Both the position numbers and the translations under genes were made by a program. 64,000 nt of DNA from an uncultured Gemmatimonadota bacterium (GTDB lineage Bacteria; GCA-2686955), in the NCBI GenBank assembly GCA_964490075.1, contig CAZBBK010000007.1, forward strand, positions 1 through 64,000. The letters run 5' to 3'. Positions 1 through 8,811 of this stretch are shown piece after piece; the first letter of the stretch is position 1; each line of letters begins with the position of its first letter. The notes under the pieces are model-generated. The model had not been told where the DNA came from and made no database searches. It worked only from the letters and a program-made list of their open reading frames with translations.

Positions 1-52
1 CAAGTGGGTCAATTCTCGTGAGCGGACCCGGGTCAATTCTGGCGAGCGTCTA
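1..52. mobile_element. Probable terminal end of an IS21-family insertion sequence (element extends left of the window)
   Basis: Two tandem 19-nt copies, GGGTCAATTCTCGTGAGCG (6-24) and GGGTCAATTCTGGCGAGCG (30-48), 17/19 identical with a 24-nt period. Internally repeated ends are typical of IS21-family elements. Coding-like sequence starts abruptly at 53-54. No transposase is inside the window. Confidence 0.55.
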
Positions 53-53
53 A

Positions 54-224
54 GAGATGCTGGCCTGGGAGGTGCTGGACGGATGCGACAACCCCGACGC
101 CGACCAGATCTGCGGCAGCACCTGCGCGGAGAATACGGCCGGTCTCGTCTATCGCGTCGAAGTGCCGATGAAGGACGAGGGCCTGGTCTCCGCGGTCGTC
201 GCGATCCCGAGGGTCGGCCTGTGA
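54..224 (+). pseudogene. 3' remnant of a gene, probably interrupted by the IS
   Basis: Open frame EMLAWEVLDGCDNPDADQICGSTCAENTAGLVYRVEVPMKDEGLVSAVVAIPRVGL* with genome-like codon usage. Its TGA (222-224) overlaps the GTG start of the next gene (GTGA coupling). Confidence 0.5.
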
Positions 225-2173
225 GGAGCCGAGTTGGGCTCCTGGCTCTTGCCTTCGGGCTCTCGAGCAACGCGTGGGGCGGCGAGGCCGTCCTGCGCCT
301 CGAGGAGCTGTGGCCGCGGCCGATGGTATGGGACATCGCGGCGGTCAATGACTCCACGGTCGCTTTTCTTGCGACGGGCCTGGTGGGGGCGTTGGAGATT
401 GGGAACGACTGGCGTTTGTCTCCGATCTGGGTGCGCGCATTGCCGACCAATCCTCTGGGCATAGCAGCCAATGGTCAGGCGCTGTTCACAGGTGGCCGAG
501 ACAACACGATCCTCGCTCTCACGCATGACGGAAAGACACTCACCCGCTTCTCTGTGGACGGAAGTCCCCGCGGGTTCGCCGCCGATGAAACATCTCTCTT
601 TTTCGTCACGGGTGCTCCGTCGCGAGGAGTGTGGAGCTACGACGTCGGGGATCCGGCCAATCCGCGGCTGATCTCGCACATACCGCATCTCCCGAGCAAG
701 TGGGACCTCGCCATCGACACCACTTCCGTCGTCGTCGGCACCGAAGATGGAATCGAGCTCTACGCCCGCCTGGCCGGCGACAGTCTGCAGTGGATCGACA
801 GCGACCACCGCGGCTGCGACACTCGCGATCTGGCGCTCGATCCACCCTGGCTGCTGGGAAGCTCGGGGATTTTCGGGTCGCCCGATTGTGTGCATGGCTA
901 CAGACTCCGGGACGGGACGCTCGAGCACCTGCGCGGCAGCACGGCCAGCGGCCATGTCTTCGAAGCAGCAAAGCTCGAGATCACCGGCCCCCTCGTCTAC
1001 GCCTCCGGGAAACCCGGAGGGGTTGGCGACGGGGGCGTGGCCGCGATTCGTGTGCTCGGCCCCAAGTCGTGGGACGTGATCGACTTCGACGTCGCCCCAG
1101 CCGACGACATCGTGCTCCTCGGCGACAACGCGCTGGTCACCGAAGACGACCGCGACGGCATCACCCTCTTCGAGCGCGACGCCGCCGGCGCCCTCACCGA
1201 GCGCGATCATCTGTCGCTTCCGGGTAAGATGTTCACCTTCGATCTCTCCCCCACCTTGCTGGTCTCCGCCGAGGGCGAGTACGGCCTGCGCTGGCGGCGG
1301 CACCCGCTGAGCCGACCTCACTCCGATGGCCATCTGCCGATCGAATCGGAGGATGAAGTCTGGAAGCTGGCGACACTGATTCCCGAAACCGCGCTCATGG
1401 TCGCCATGCGTTTCGAGCGACTGGTCGAGCTCTTCGAGCTCGCGCCGGAGCCACGCCGCGTGGCCACCGCTCCCAGCACCTTCACTCGAGCGGATCGCGG
1501 CGCGGCGACCGACTCCCACATCGCCCTCACCGGCAACGGCGAGATCGATCTATTCGGGCTCCGGCCGGGGCCGAAGCTGGAGCTTCTCACGTTGATCGAG
1601 GGCGACGACATCTGGGCGCGGTCGGAGCTCGACATCGCCGAGTGGAATGCCGAGCTGGCGATCGCCTGGCCCTGGATGGACCACCTACGGCTCTACACCT
1701 ACACCGAAGGCGACACCGGAGCGGTGCTGCGCGAGGCCTGGTACCTGGTCGAGAGCTCTCCGACCGACGTAGCGCTCCTCGACCGCACGCTGACCGTGGC
1801 GACCTACGAAGGCGTTCAGGCCTACGACCTCTCCAATCCGGACAGCCCAGTGCCGATCGACTCGTGGAACGACGCGCACGAAAACGTGCGGGCGGCCACA
1901 GCCGATTCCACCCACACCTTCGCCGCCACCTCCGAGACGCTCTACGTACTGACCTCGCCCCTCTGCGAGCCCTACCGGGTGCTCGACACGGCGCCGATCG
2001 GCAGCACCCCGGTCGACATCCGAAGCGCGCAAGGCACGGACGACCGCACGCATATCTTCGTCGGAATGGCCTCGGCCGGCTACGCCCACTTCAGCCTGGT
2101 GGAGGGCGCTCTGCGTCCCGGGCCGGGTCAGCGCGGCAAGGCACCGGTGCCGATGCACGAGTGCGAGTGGTGA
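221..2173 (+). CDS. Secreted beta-propeller protein with LVIVD-like repeats
   Basis: GTG at 221 gives a signal peptide (VRSRVGLLALAFGLSSNAWG). Repeated motifs YDVGDPANPRLI and YDLSNPDSPVPI. The upstream ORF extension from 83 is low-complexity and overlaps the remnant gene. Confidence 0.7.
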   Translation: MRSRVGLLALAFGLSSNAWGGEAVLRLEELWPRPMVWDIAAVNDSTVAFLATGLVGALEIGNDWRLSPIWVRALPTNPLGIAANGQALFTGGRDNTILALTHDGKTLTRFSVDGSPRGFAADETSLFFVTGAPSRGVWSYDVGDPANPRLISHIPHLPSKWDLAIDTTSVVVGTEDGIELYARLAGDSLQWIDSDHRGCDTRDLALDPPWLLGSSGIFGSPDCVHGYRLRDGTLEHLRGSTASGHVFEAAKLEITGPLVYASGKPGGVGDGGVAAIRVLGPKSWDVIDFDVAPADDIVLLGDNALVTEDDRDGITLFERDAAGALTERDHLSLPGKMFTFDLSPTLLVSAEGEYGLRWRRHPLSRPHSDGHLPIESEDEVWKLATLIPETALMVAMRFERLVELFELAPEPRRVATAPSTFTRADRGAATDSHIALTGNGEIDLFGLRPGPKLELLTLIEGDDIWARSELDIAEWNAELAIAWPWMDHLRLYTYTEGDTGAVLREAWYLVESSPTDVALLDRTLTVATYEGVQAYDLSNPDSPVPIDSWNDAHENVRAATADSTHTFAATSETLYVLTSPLCEPYRVLDTAPIGSTPVDIRSAQGTDDRTHIFVGMASAGYAHFSLVEGALRPGPGQRGKAPVPMHECEW

Positions 2174-2206
2174 GAGAGGCGCGTCGACCCAGCAAGGGGC
2201 CGACCG

Positions 2207-2236
2207 GGCCCGAAGCCCGAAGCCGGGCTTCGGGCC
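2207..2236. terminator. Hairpin between convergent genes (likely terminator)
   Basis: Perfect 13-bp stem GGCCCGAAGCCCG / CGGGCTTCGGGCC with a 4-nt loop and no U-tract. Confidence 0.55.
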
Positions 2237-3181
2237 TCAGACACTCCCCCCGCGCAGCTTGCGCCGCTCCGCGAGCGAGACGCTGACCGAACGTGCCACG
2301 AAACCCACCAGCGGCAGGGCCTGATCGGCGAAACGCGCCAGGAAGAGCAGAAAGGCGGGGGCGGCGCGGGGGCCGCGCACGCAGCGGTCAAAGGCCTGAA
2401 GCACGATGCCGTAGGCGAAGCGGATGCGGCGATTCACCCCGAGGCGCTCGAGGGCGTGCTGGGCGCGGGCGCGGTGGATGAGGTAGTCGGACTCGAGCTC
2501 GGCGAGGATCAGACGCCTCGAGGAGCGCTCGCCTGCTCGCTCGGGGTCGATGCCCAGGCGCGCGCAGGCCTCGCGTGAGATCGGCACGATGCCGGCTTCC
2601 AGGTCCTCGTCGAGATCGACGAAGACGTCGGCGTAGCGGGTCACCTGGCCGAAGCTCCTGCCGAACTCTTCCACCAGCTCGCGTCCATGGCCCAGAGGCT
2701 CGAAGAGCAGCCGGCAATGGAGCAGCACGGGCAGCACCGCGTTGGTGTCGATGATGCGCTCCAGCTCCTGCTGGCTGGGGGGGCCGTGCAGCTGGCTCTT
2801 CTCGTGCTCGGCGGCCGCGGTGACGCGAAAGAAGAGCTCCACGTGCTCGGGGCAGGCGCCGCGCAGGAAGCGCAAGAGCGCTTGTTCGCGCACGTTCTCG
2901 GGATCGCCGCCGGCGGCCAGAGCCCGCAGCCGCGCCATGCCCCAGGCCAGGGTGTCGGCGAAGTCCTCGGTCGATCGGTCGAGCAGGTTGTCGGCCCAGC
3001 GGATGTAGGACCAGGCGCAGAGCCAGTGCAGCGCCGCCCGCGGGTGGTGGCGCCCGATCAGCCGATACCAGTGGCGCCACATGTCGGGATGCCCCGCCGG
3101 GTGGTCGCCGAAGCTCTCGATGCAGTTGTCGATCAGCTCGGAATCGCTCACCGGCTCGGGCAGCGGCGGCGCGGCCTTCAA
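2237..3181 (-). CDS. Divergent squalene/phytoene synthase-like (class I isoprenoid synthase fold) protein
   Basis: Two Asp-rich motifs in the expected context: YIRWADNLLD and FGQVTRYADVFVDLDEDLEAGIVPI. TTG start overlaps the sppA stop. Confidence 0.65.
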   Translation of the reverse strand: MKAAPPLPEPVSDSELIDNCIESFGDHPAGHPDMWRHWYRLIGRHHPRAALHWLCAWSYIRWADNLLDRSTEDFADTLAWGMARLRALAAGGDPENVREQALLRFLRGACPEHVELFFRVTAAAEHEKSQLHGPPSQQELERIIDTNAVLPVLLHCRLLFEPLGHGRELVEEFGRSFGQVTRYADVFVDLDEDLEAGIVPISREACARLGIDPERAGERSSRRLILAELESDYLIHRARAQHALERLGVNRRIRFAYGIVLQAFDRCVRGPRAAPAFLLFLARFADQALPLVGFVARSVSVSLAERRKLRGGSV

Positions 3182-4926
3182 GGGTCGAGCTCGACCGAGT
3201 AGGGCATCAGCGCTAGCGGCTCACCGGGCCGACTGCTCTCGAAGAGGCGGCGATGGCGCAGGAGGGGCGAGCCCCCGAGCAGGCCGTCGAGAGGATCCAG
3301 CTCCAGCGAAGAGCCGAAGAGCTCGCCCGAAAGCAGCCGCTCCAGGAAGGGCTTCTCCTCCGGCAGGATGCGCAGCCGCACCAGCTTCTCGGGGTCGATG
3401 CCGAGCAGCGTCTTGGTGCGCAGGATGGCCTCTCTCAGACCGCCCAGGTGATCGACCAGTCCCAGCGCATGCGCATCGGTGCCGATCCAGACCCGCCCCT
3501 GCGCCACCGCGTGGATCGACTCCCAGTCGCTCTCGCGGGCCGCGGCCACCTTGGTCACGAAGCCGTCGTAGAAGACCTCCATGCTGCGGCGAACCCGCTC
3601 CCGCTCCTCGACGGTCCACGGGCGGGTCTCGGAGAAGAGGTCCGAATGGCGCCCGCGGCGCAGCGTCTCGTGGCTCACCCCGATCTTCTCGTAGAGCCCG
3701 GCCAGGTTGAACTTGCCCCCGAGCACGCCGATCGAGCCGGTGATCGTGCCGGGGTCGAGGAAGATCTCGTCGGCCGGTGCCGAGATGTAGTAGCCGCCCG
3801 ATGCAGCCACGCCGCCCATCGAAACGATGACGGGCATGCGCTCCGACGCCAGCGAGACCTCGCGCCAAATCACGTCGGAGGCGATGCCCGACCCGCCCGG
3901 GCTGTCGACGCGCAGCACCAGGGCGTCGATCTCCTCGTCGAGACGAGCGTCGCGAATCGCCGCCGCCATGGTGGCCGATCCGATCCCCTGGTCGTCGCGC
4001 AGCGGGTTCGACTCGCTCTCTCCCGAGTGGATGCTGCCCACGCCGTAGATCAGCGCGATGGTCTCCTCGGCCAGCTCCTCGTCGTCGGGACGCGCCGCAC
4101 GCACGTAGTCCTGCACGTCGACCAGCGGCAGATCCTGCTCGTCGACACCGTCCAGGAAGTCGAAGAGCTGTGCCCACTGATCCTCGTAGACGAGTTGATC
4201 GACCAGCTCCGATTCGAAGGCCTGCTGGGCCTCGTAGGGACCCTCGTCGACGGCCGCGCGCGCCTCCTCGACCGTCCAGCCGCGACCCGCGGCGATCCCC
4301 TCCAGGAGCTGCCCGAAGATGCCGTCCAGGATGGCGTCGATCGATTCCCGGGCCGGGTCGCTCATCTTCTTCTCGGTGAAGGTCTCCCCAGCACTCTTGT
4401 ACTTCCCGACATGCTCGAACTCCGGCTCCACTCCGAGCTTGTCGAGGGTGCCGCGCAGGAAGAGCGAGCTCACGGCGATCCCGCGCAGATCGACGATTCC
4501 GGTCGGCAGCAGCGCGATCCGGTCGCAGGCCGAGGCCAGGTAGTAGCCGCCGTTGCCGTAAAGCTCGGCGTAGGCCACCACCGGGCGCGCGTCGCTCCCG
4601 ACGTCCTCGAGGGCCGCGCGTAGCTCCTGGACTTGGGCCAGGTTGAGCCCCGATGCGCCCAGCTTGAGCAGCACGCCGGCGATCCGCTCGTCGTCCGCCG
4701 CCCGGTGCAGGGCGAAGATCACTTCGCGCAGGGTCACGCTCGGGCGCTCCAGGAAGGGGATCGGCATCGTCCCCTCGACCTCGCCCACCCCGCCATCGAG
4801 CTCCAGCACCAGTACCGACTCCGGCTCGATCTCGACCTCCTCCTCGCCGGCCAGCAGCACCACCGCGACCATCGCCGCCACGAAGAAGGCGCCGAGCAAG
4901 ACGAGGAACACGATCCATTTTTTCAT
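3178..4926 (-). CDS. sppA: Signal peptide peptidase SppA (protease IV, S49, 67K type)
   Basis: N-terminal TM (MKKWIVFLVLLG), GKYKSAGE, LRVDSPGGSG, AASGGYY, TITGSIGV, QGRVWIG. Confidence 0.93.
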   Translation of the reverse strand: MKKWIVFLVLLGAFFVAAMVAVVLLAGEEEVEIEPESVLVLELDGGVGEVEGTMPIPFLERPSVTLREVIFALHRAADDERIAGVLLKLGASGLNLAQVQELRAALEDVGSDARPVVAYAELYGNGGYYLASACDRIALLPTGIVDLRGIAVSSLFLRGTLDKLGVEPEFEHVGKYKSAGETFTEKKMSDPARESIDAILDGIFGQLLEGIAAGRGWTVEEARAAVDEGPYEAQQAFESELVDQLVYEDQWAQLFDFLDGVDEQDLPLVDVQDYVRAARPDDEELAEETIALIYGVGSIHSGESESNPLRDDQGIGSATMAAAIRDARLDEEIDALVLRVDSPGGSGIASDVIWREVSLASERMPVIVSMGGVAASGGYYISAPADEIFLDPGTITGSIGVLGGKFNLAGLYEKIGVSHETLRRGRHSDLFSETRPWTVEERERVRRSMEVFYDGFVTKVAAARESDWESIHAVAQGRVWIGTDAHALGLVDHLGGLREAILRTKTLLGIDPEKLVRLRILPEEKPFLERLLSGELFGSSLELDPLDGLLGGSPLLRHRRLFESSRPGEPLALMPYSVELDP

Positions 4927-4982
4927 GAGGCTCTCCGGTGGATGAGACGGCGCTGAGCCTACAACGCCCGGCACGTCCTCGA

Positions 4983-6344
4983 TCAGCTTTTGCGCGACTC
5001 GAGCATCTCCGCCAGACCATGGGACCGGAGCTTGCGCTCCAGCGTCGGCCGGCTGATGCCCAGCGCCGCGCAGAGTCGGCCCTTGTTGGCGCCGAGCGCC
5101 CGAATGGCCCGCTCGATCGCCAGCCGCTCGGCCTCCTTCAGGGAGCGCACCGGCTCCACCACTCCGTCGAGCTCGGCCTGCGCGTCGGGAACCGGAATCA
5201 GCAGCTCGTCCAGCACCTCGCCGCTGGAGAGCGCGACCGCGCTGGTCAAGAGGTTCTCGAGCTCGCGCACATTGCCACGCCACGGCAACGCCATCAGTCG
5301 ATCCATAGCACGCCGGGGGACGACGGTGACGCGCCGGCCCAGCGCCTGGTTGACGCGGTGCAAGAGATGCTCCACGAGCAAGGGGATGTCCTCCGCTCGC
5401 TCGCGCAGAGGCGGAACGTGCAGCGAGACGACCTTCAGCCGATAGTAGAGGTCTTCTCTCATCTCGCCTTTATGCACCATTGCTTCCACGTCTCGATTCG
5501 TGGCTGTGATGACCCGCGCCAGGACCGGCTTGGGCACCGAGCCGCCGACTGGAAGCACCTCGCGCTCCTGCAGCACCCGCAGCAGCTTGGCCTGCAGGGG
5601 CAGCGAGAGCTCGCCGATCTCGTCGAGGAAGATGGTGCCCTCGCCGGCCGCCACGAACTTGCCTTCGGCGTGGGCCACGGCCCCGGTGAAGGCGCCGCGC
5701 ACATGGCCGAAGAGCTCCGACTCGAGCAGCGTGCCGACGATCGCCGAGCAATTGACCGCCACGAAGGGCTGGTCCGGGTCGGAATGCTCGTGCACGGCGC
5801 GCGCGATCAGCTCCTTGCCGGTCCCGCTCTCGCCCAGGATCAGCACCGTCGCCCGCGACTGCGAGGCCAGCCCGATGGTCTTGTAGATCTCGCGCATGCC
5901 CCGCGAATCGCCCACCAGGCCGCGCTCCACGAAGAGCTCGCCGGCCATGGTGACGTTGTCGGAGCGGCGGCGGGTCTTGATCGTCGCCAGCGCCTTGTCG
6001 ATGGCCGCGCCCAGTTCTTCGATGTCGATCGGCTTGTGGATGTAGTCGACCGCTCCCCATTTCATCGCCTGAACCGTGGTCTGCATGTCGGAAAAGGCGG
6101 TCACCATGATCACCGCGAGACCCGGCTGGCGCTCCTGGAGCACGGTCAGAAGATCGAGCCCGGAGGCGTCGCCGAGTCGAATATCGAGCACCACGACATC
6201 GGGATGCAGCTGATCGACTCGGTGCAGCGCCTCGACGGTGTCCTTGGCCAGGCCGACCAGGAAACCCTCCTCTTCGAGATAGAGCTCCAGGCTCTCGCGG
6301 ATCGAACGATCGTCGTCGACCACCAGCACGGTGCCGCGTTTCAT
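4983..6344 (-). CDS. Sigma54-dependent response regulator (NtrC/AtoC family: REC-AAA+-HTH)
   Basis: VLVVDDD and DIRL receiver motifs, [32 protein letters not shown], Fis-type HTH (LGISRPTL). ATG at 6344 overlaps the kinase stop. Confidence 0.93.
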   Translation of the reverse strand: MKRGTVLVVDDDRSIRESLELYLEEEGFLVGLAKDTVEALHRVDQLHPDVVVLDIRLGDASGLDLLTVLQERQPGLAVIMVTAFSDMQTTVQAMKWGAVDYIHKPIDIEELGAAIDKALATIKTRRRSDNVTMAGELFVERGLVGDSRGMREIYKTIGLASQSRATVLILGESGTGKELIARAVHEHSDPDQPFVAVNCSAIVGTLLESELFGHVRGAFTGAVAHAEGKFVAAGEGTIFLDEIGELSLPLQAKLLRVLQEREVLPVGGSVPKPVLARVITATNRDVEAMVHKGEMREDLYYRLKVVSLHVPPLRERAEDIPLLVEHLLHRVNQALGRRVTVVPRRAMDRLMALPWRGNVRELENLLTSAVALSSGEVLDELLIPVPDAQAELDGVVEPVRSLKEAERLAIERAIRALGANKGRLCAALGISRPTLERKLRSHGLAEMLESRKS

Positions 6345-8335
6345 GCCGCCTCCTCGCGCAGCGGGAGCACGATCGACATCTCGGTGCCCTGGCCCGGCGC
6401 GCTCACCACCTCCAGGCGCCCCTTGTGCGCCTCCACGATCTTCCAGACGATCGCCAGCCCCAGTCCGGTGCCGTCGGCGCGCGTGGTGAAGAAGGGCGCG
6501 AAGATGTGCTTGCGGGTCTGCTCGTCCATCCCGGCACCGGAGTCCTTGACCCGCACCCAGACCTGGGTCGCGCCGTCGCCGCCCACCGTCACCTCCAGAT
6601 TGCGCGTCTCGCGGCCGGCCATCGCGTCGAAGGAGTTCAGGTAGAGATTCATCAGCACCCGTCTCATGCGCTCCGGATCGACCGCGGCGGTCGCCGGCCC
6701 TTCTTGCCGCACGCTGAGGTCGACGCCGCGCTCGCGCGCCTCGTCCCGGACCACCGCCACGGTCTCGTTGGCCAGCTCCAGGAGCGAGGTGTCGCGTTTG
6801 TCGACCTGCGAGGCACGCGCGAAGTCGAGCATCTCGTTCAGCAGCTCTTCCAGACGCGCGATCTCGCGCCCGGCGATCTCGAGGCGGCGGGCATCGTTGG
6901 ATTCCAGCTTCAACCGCCGCCCCAGGATCTGCAAGCTCATCTTGATCGAGGAGAGGGGGTTGCGGATCTCGTGAGCGATCGAGGTCGCCATCTGCCCCAG
7001 GCCCGCCATGCGTGCCGACTCCTCGAGCTGGCTTTCCAGCCGGCGCCGCTCGGTCACGCACTTGGTGTACTCCACCACCCCCACGGTCTGGCCCCCGGCA
7101 TCCTGGATCGGGTAGGTGTGGTGCTCGTAGATCTGCCCGGAGCGCTCGTCGACCTGCTCCATCCATCCGGCCGTGCCCTTGGCCAGGGTGCCGATCGCCG
7201 GGCAGCACTCGCAGCGCGTTTCGCGGCCGAAGAGCACCTCGTGGCATCGCCTGCCGACCAGCTCTCCGCGAGTCAGCCCGGTGGCCTGCGCCAACCCCCG
7301 ATTCGCCTCGCCGATCACCAGCTCGCGGTCCTGGATCGAGAGCAGGTCGGAGATCCCCTGAAACACACCCTCGAAGCGCCGCCGGGCGCGGTCGATGGCG
7401 GAGGCCTGTGCCTCCAGCGAGGTCTCGCGATCGCGAATCGCCAGAGCCATGCGGTTCACCGCGGCGGCCAGAATGCCGAGCTCGTCGCGCGAGCGCACCA
7501 CCAGCCGTTGCGCATAATCCCCGCGCCCGATCGTCTCGATAACGCCCACCAGCTCGCGCAGGGGCGAGAGGAAGGCGATCACCATCACCAGAAGTATCCC
7601 CCCCGCCACGAACGACATCGACCACAGGCCGCGGGCCAAGGCATTGGCCTGCGCGTGCTGCTCCAGGCCGGTCGACATGCCGCTTTCCGCCAGCCGGTAG
7701 ACCCTGTTCTGATAGCCGATCAGCTCGTTCACGAAAGCGTCGAGCTGGGCCGAGAAGCGGTCGCGCTCCACCCTGAGCTGCTCGTTGCTCAAGGCCTCGT
7801 TGCGCATCGCCATGGCCCCCTTGTGGACGCAGAGCGTGCACTTGGTCTGGAGCTGGTTCAGCTCTCGCTCCAATGCCAGCAAGGTATCGCGCTGAGCCGC
7901 CGTGGGGGCCCGCGGAGCGCCGATCTCGATGCGCCGCGTCGCCGCTCGCAACACCTCCCCCAGCGCCTGGCCCAGATCGGCGTAACCCTCCTGGTGCCTT
8001 GGGTCGCGCCCGCCGTCCAGGTATTCGAAGAAGGCCATCTTCTGCTGGATGTGCAGGCGCTGCATCTCCTGGACGTCGCCGTAGAGCCCCAGGTAGACAT
8101 CGACCGCGGTCTGGAAGTGGTCCTGCATCCGCCCCATGCGGTGCAGGGTCATCGACGAGACGACGCTGAGGATGGCGAGCAGCAGCACCATGCCGGCGAT
8201 GATCCGGGTGGTCAGCGATCGATGCAGGGGCAGCGTCGATGCCGAAGGCGATGCAGCGGCGGAAGGCCGGCGGCGCGCCGATCCGGGGCGCTCCTCCGGT
8301 TGTTCTCGCGGTACTTCTCGGTCGCTGTAAGGCAT
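6341..8335 (-). CDS. Membrane sensor histidine kinase (2 TM, periplasmic helical domain, HAMP, Cys-rich PAS, HisKA, HATPase)
   Basis: HAMP ([15 protein letters not shown]), H-box AHEIRNPL, N-box NLYLNS, DSGAGM, GTGLGL. Exact start is uncertain. Confidence 0.9.
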   Translation of the reverse strand: MPYSDREVPREQPEERPGSARRRPSAAASPSASTLPLHRSLTTRIIAGMVLLLAILSVVSSMTLHRMGRMQDHFQTAVDVYLGLYGDVQEMQRLHIQQKMAFFEYLDGGRDPRHQEGYADLGQALGEVLRAATRRIEIGAPRAPTAAQRDTLLALERELNQLQTKCTLCVHKGAMAMRNEALSNEQLRVERDRFSAQLDAFVNELIGYQNRVYRLAESGMSTGLEQHAQANALARGLWSMSFVAGGILLVMVIAFLSPLRELVGVIETIGRGDYAQRLVVRSRDELGILAAAVNRMALAIRDRETSLEAQASAIDRARRRFEGVFQGISDLLSIQDRELVIGEANRGLAQATGLTRGELVGRRCHEVLFGRETRCECCPAIGTLAKGTAGWMEQVDERSGQIYEHHTYPIQDAGGQTVGVVEYTKCVTERRRLESQLEESARMAGLGQMATSIAHEIRNPLSSIKMSLQILGRRLKLESNDARRLEIAGREIARLEELLNEMLDFARASQVDKRDTSLLELANETVAVVRDEARERGVDLSVRQEGPATAAVDPERMRRVLMNLYLNSFDAMAGRETRNLEVTVGGDGATQVWVRVKDSGAGMDEQTRKHIFAPFFTTRADGTGLGLAIVWKIVEAHKGRLEVVSAPGQGTEMSIVLPLREEAA

Positions 8336-8442
8336 TATTTTGAAGGGAGTTGCACTCGGTCTTCCCAGTCGCTGACATGCTAGGCTGACGGCCGATCAGC
8401 GTCAAGAAGGGGCGGCGCAGCGCGCCGGACACTTTGCGAATT

Positions 8443-8458
8443 GGGCACGCGCCTTGCA
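8443..8458 (+). promoter_or_regulatory. Sigma54 (-24/-12) promoter
   Basis: GGGCACGCGCCTTGCA matches TGGCACG-N4-TTGCW with exact GG-N10-GC spacing. It is divergent from a sigma54 activator operon. An inverted repeat TGACG-N9-CGTCA lies upstream at 8386-8404. Confidence 0.75.
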
Positions 8459-8482
8459 AAAAGCAGAGCAGCGCCGCTGACT

Positions 8483-8661
8483 CCCCGGAGTCTCGGGCGC
8501 CAGAGGGGGCTCCGGCCCGCCCCCTCGCCCCCCCACGATGTTGGGGAATGGACCCGATCTCACCGCGAGCAACGAAGGTAAGAGAAGGCAAACCGACCCC
8601 TAGGGTCCATTCCCCCGTGTTGTGGCCGCGTGCCGAACGAGAGAGCCCCCCGTCCCCCGGG
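8483..8661 (+). ncRNA. Candidate structured RNA (long irregular rod), family unassigned
   Basis: Nested pairings 8505-8512/8643-8650, 8513-8520/8628-8635, 8533-8541/8617-8625 (several G-U pairs) and a perfect 13-bp stem 8543-8555/8603-8615. It lies just downstream of the sigma54 promoter. Confidence 0.45.
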
Positions 8662-8679
8662 TGGTTCGGTCGCGAGCCA

Positions 8680-8715
8680 GGCGACGCCGGTCCATCCTCC
8701 CGGACCGGCGTCGCC
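8680..8715 (+). terminator. Strong hairpin (possible terminator or processing stem)
   Basis: Perfect 14-bp stem GGCGACGCCGGTCC / GGACCGGCGTCGCC with an 8-nt loop and no U-tract. Confidence 0.5.
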
Positions 8716-8811
8716 ATGTACGCGCGGGCCCCGCGCTCGACAGAGCGCGCTGCGCCTCTTAAGATTCCCCCTCCCGCGCCACCGCACAACCGACCCATTT
8801 GGAATCGATCC

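Noticed and set aside
6-48. Tandem repeats as the edge of a CRISPR array
   Set aside because: Only two 19-nt copies separated by 5 nt, with no spacer-sized gap and no cas genes.
8538-8603. 21-codon ORF MLGNGPDLTASNEGKRRQTDP in the sigma54 leader
   Set aside because: No SD, no informative composition, and it is buried in the predicted helix. It cannot be supported without ribosome profiling.
8586-8605. GGCAAACC resembling the c-di-GMP-I riboswitch core
   Set aside because: The following GNRA-capped stem and GGACGCAAAGC-like segment are absent.
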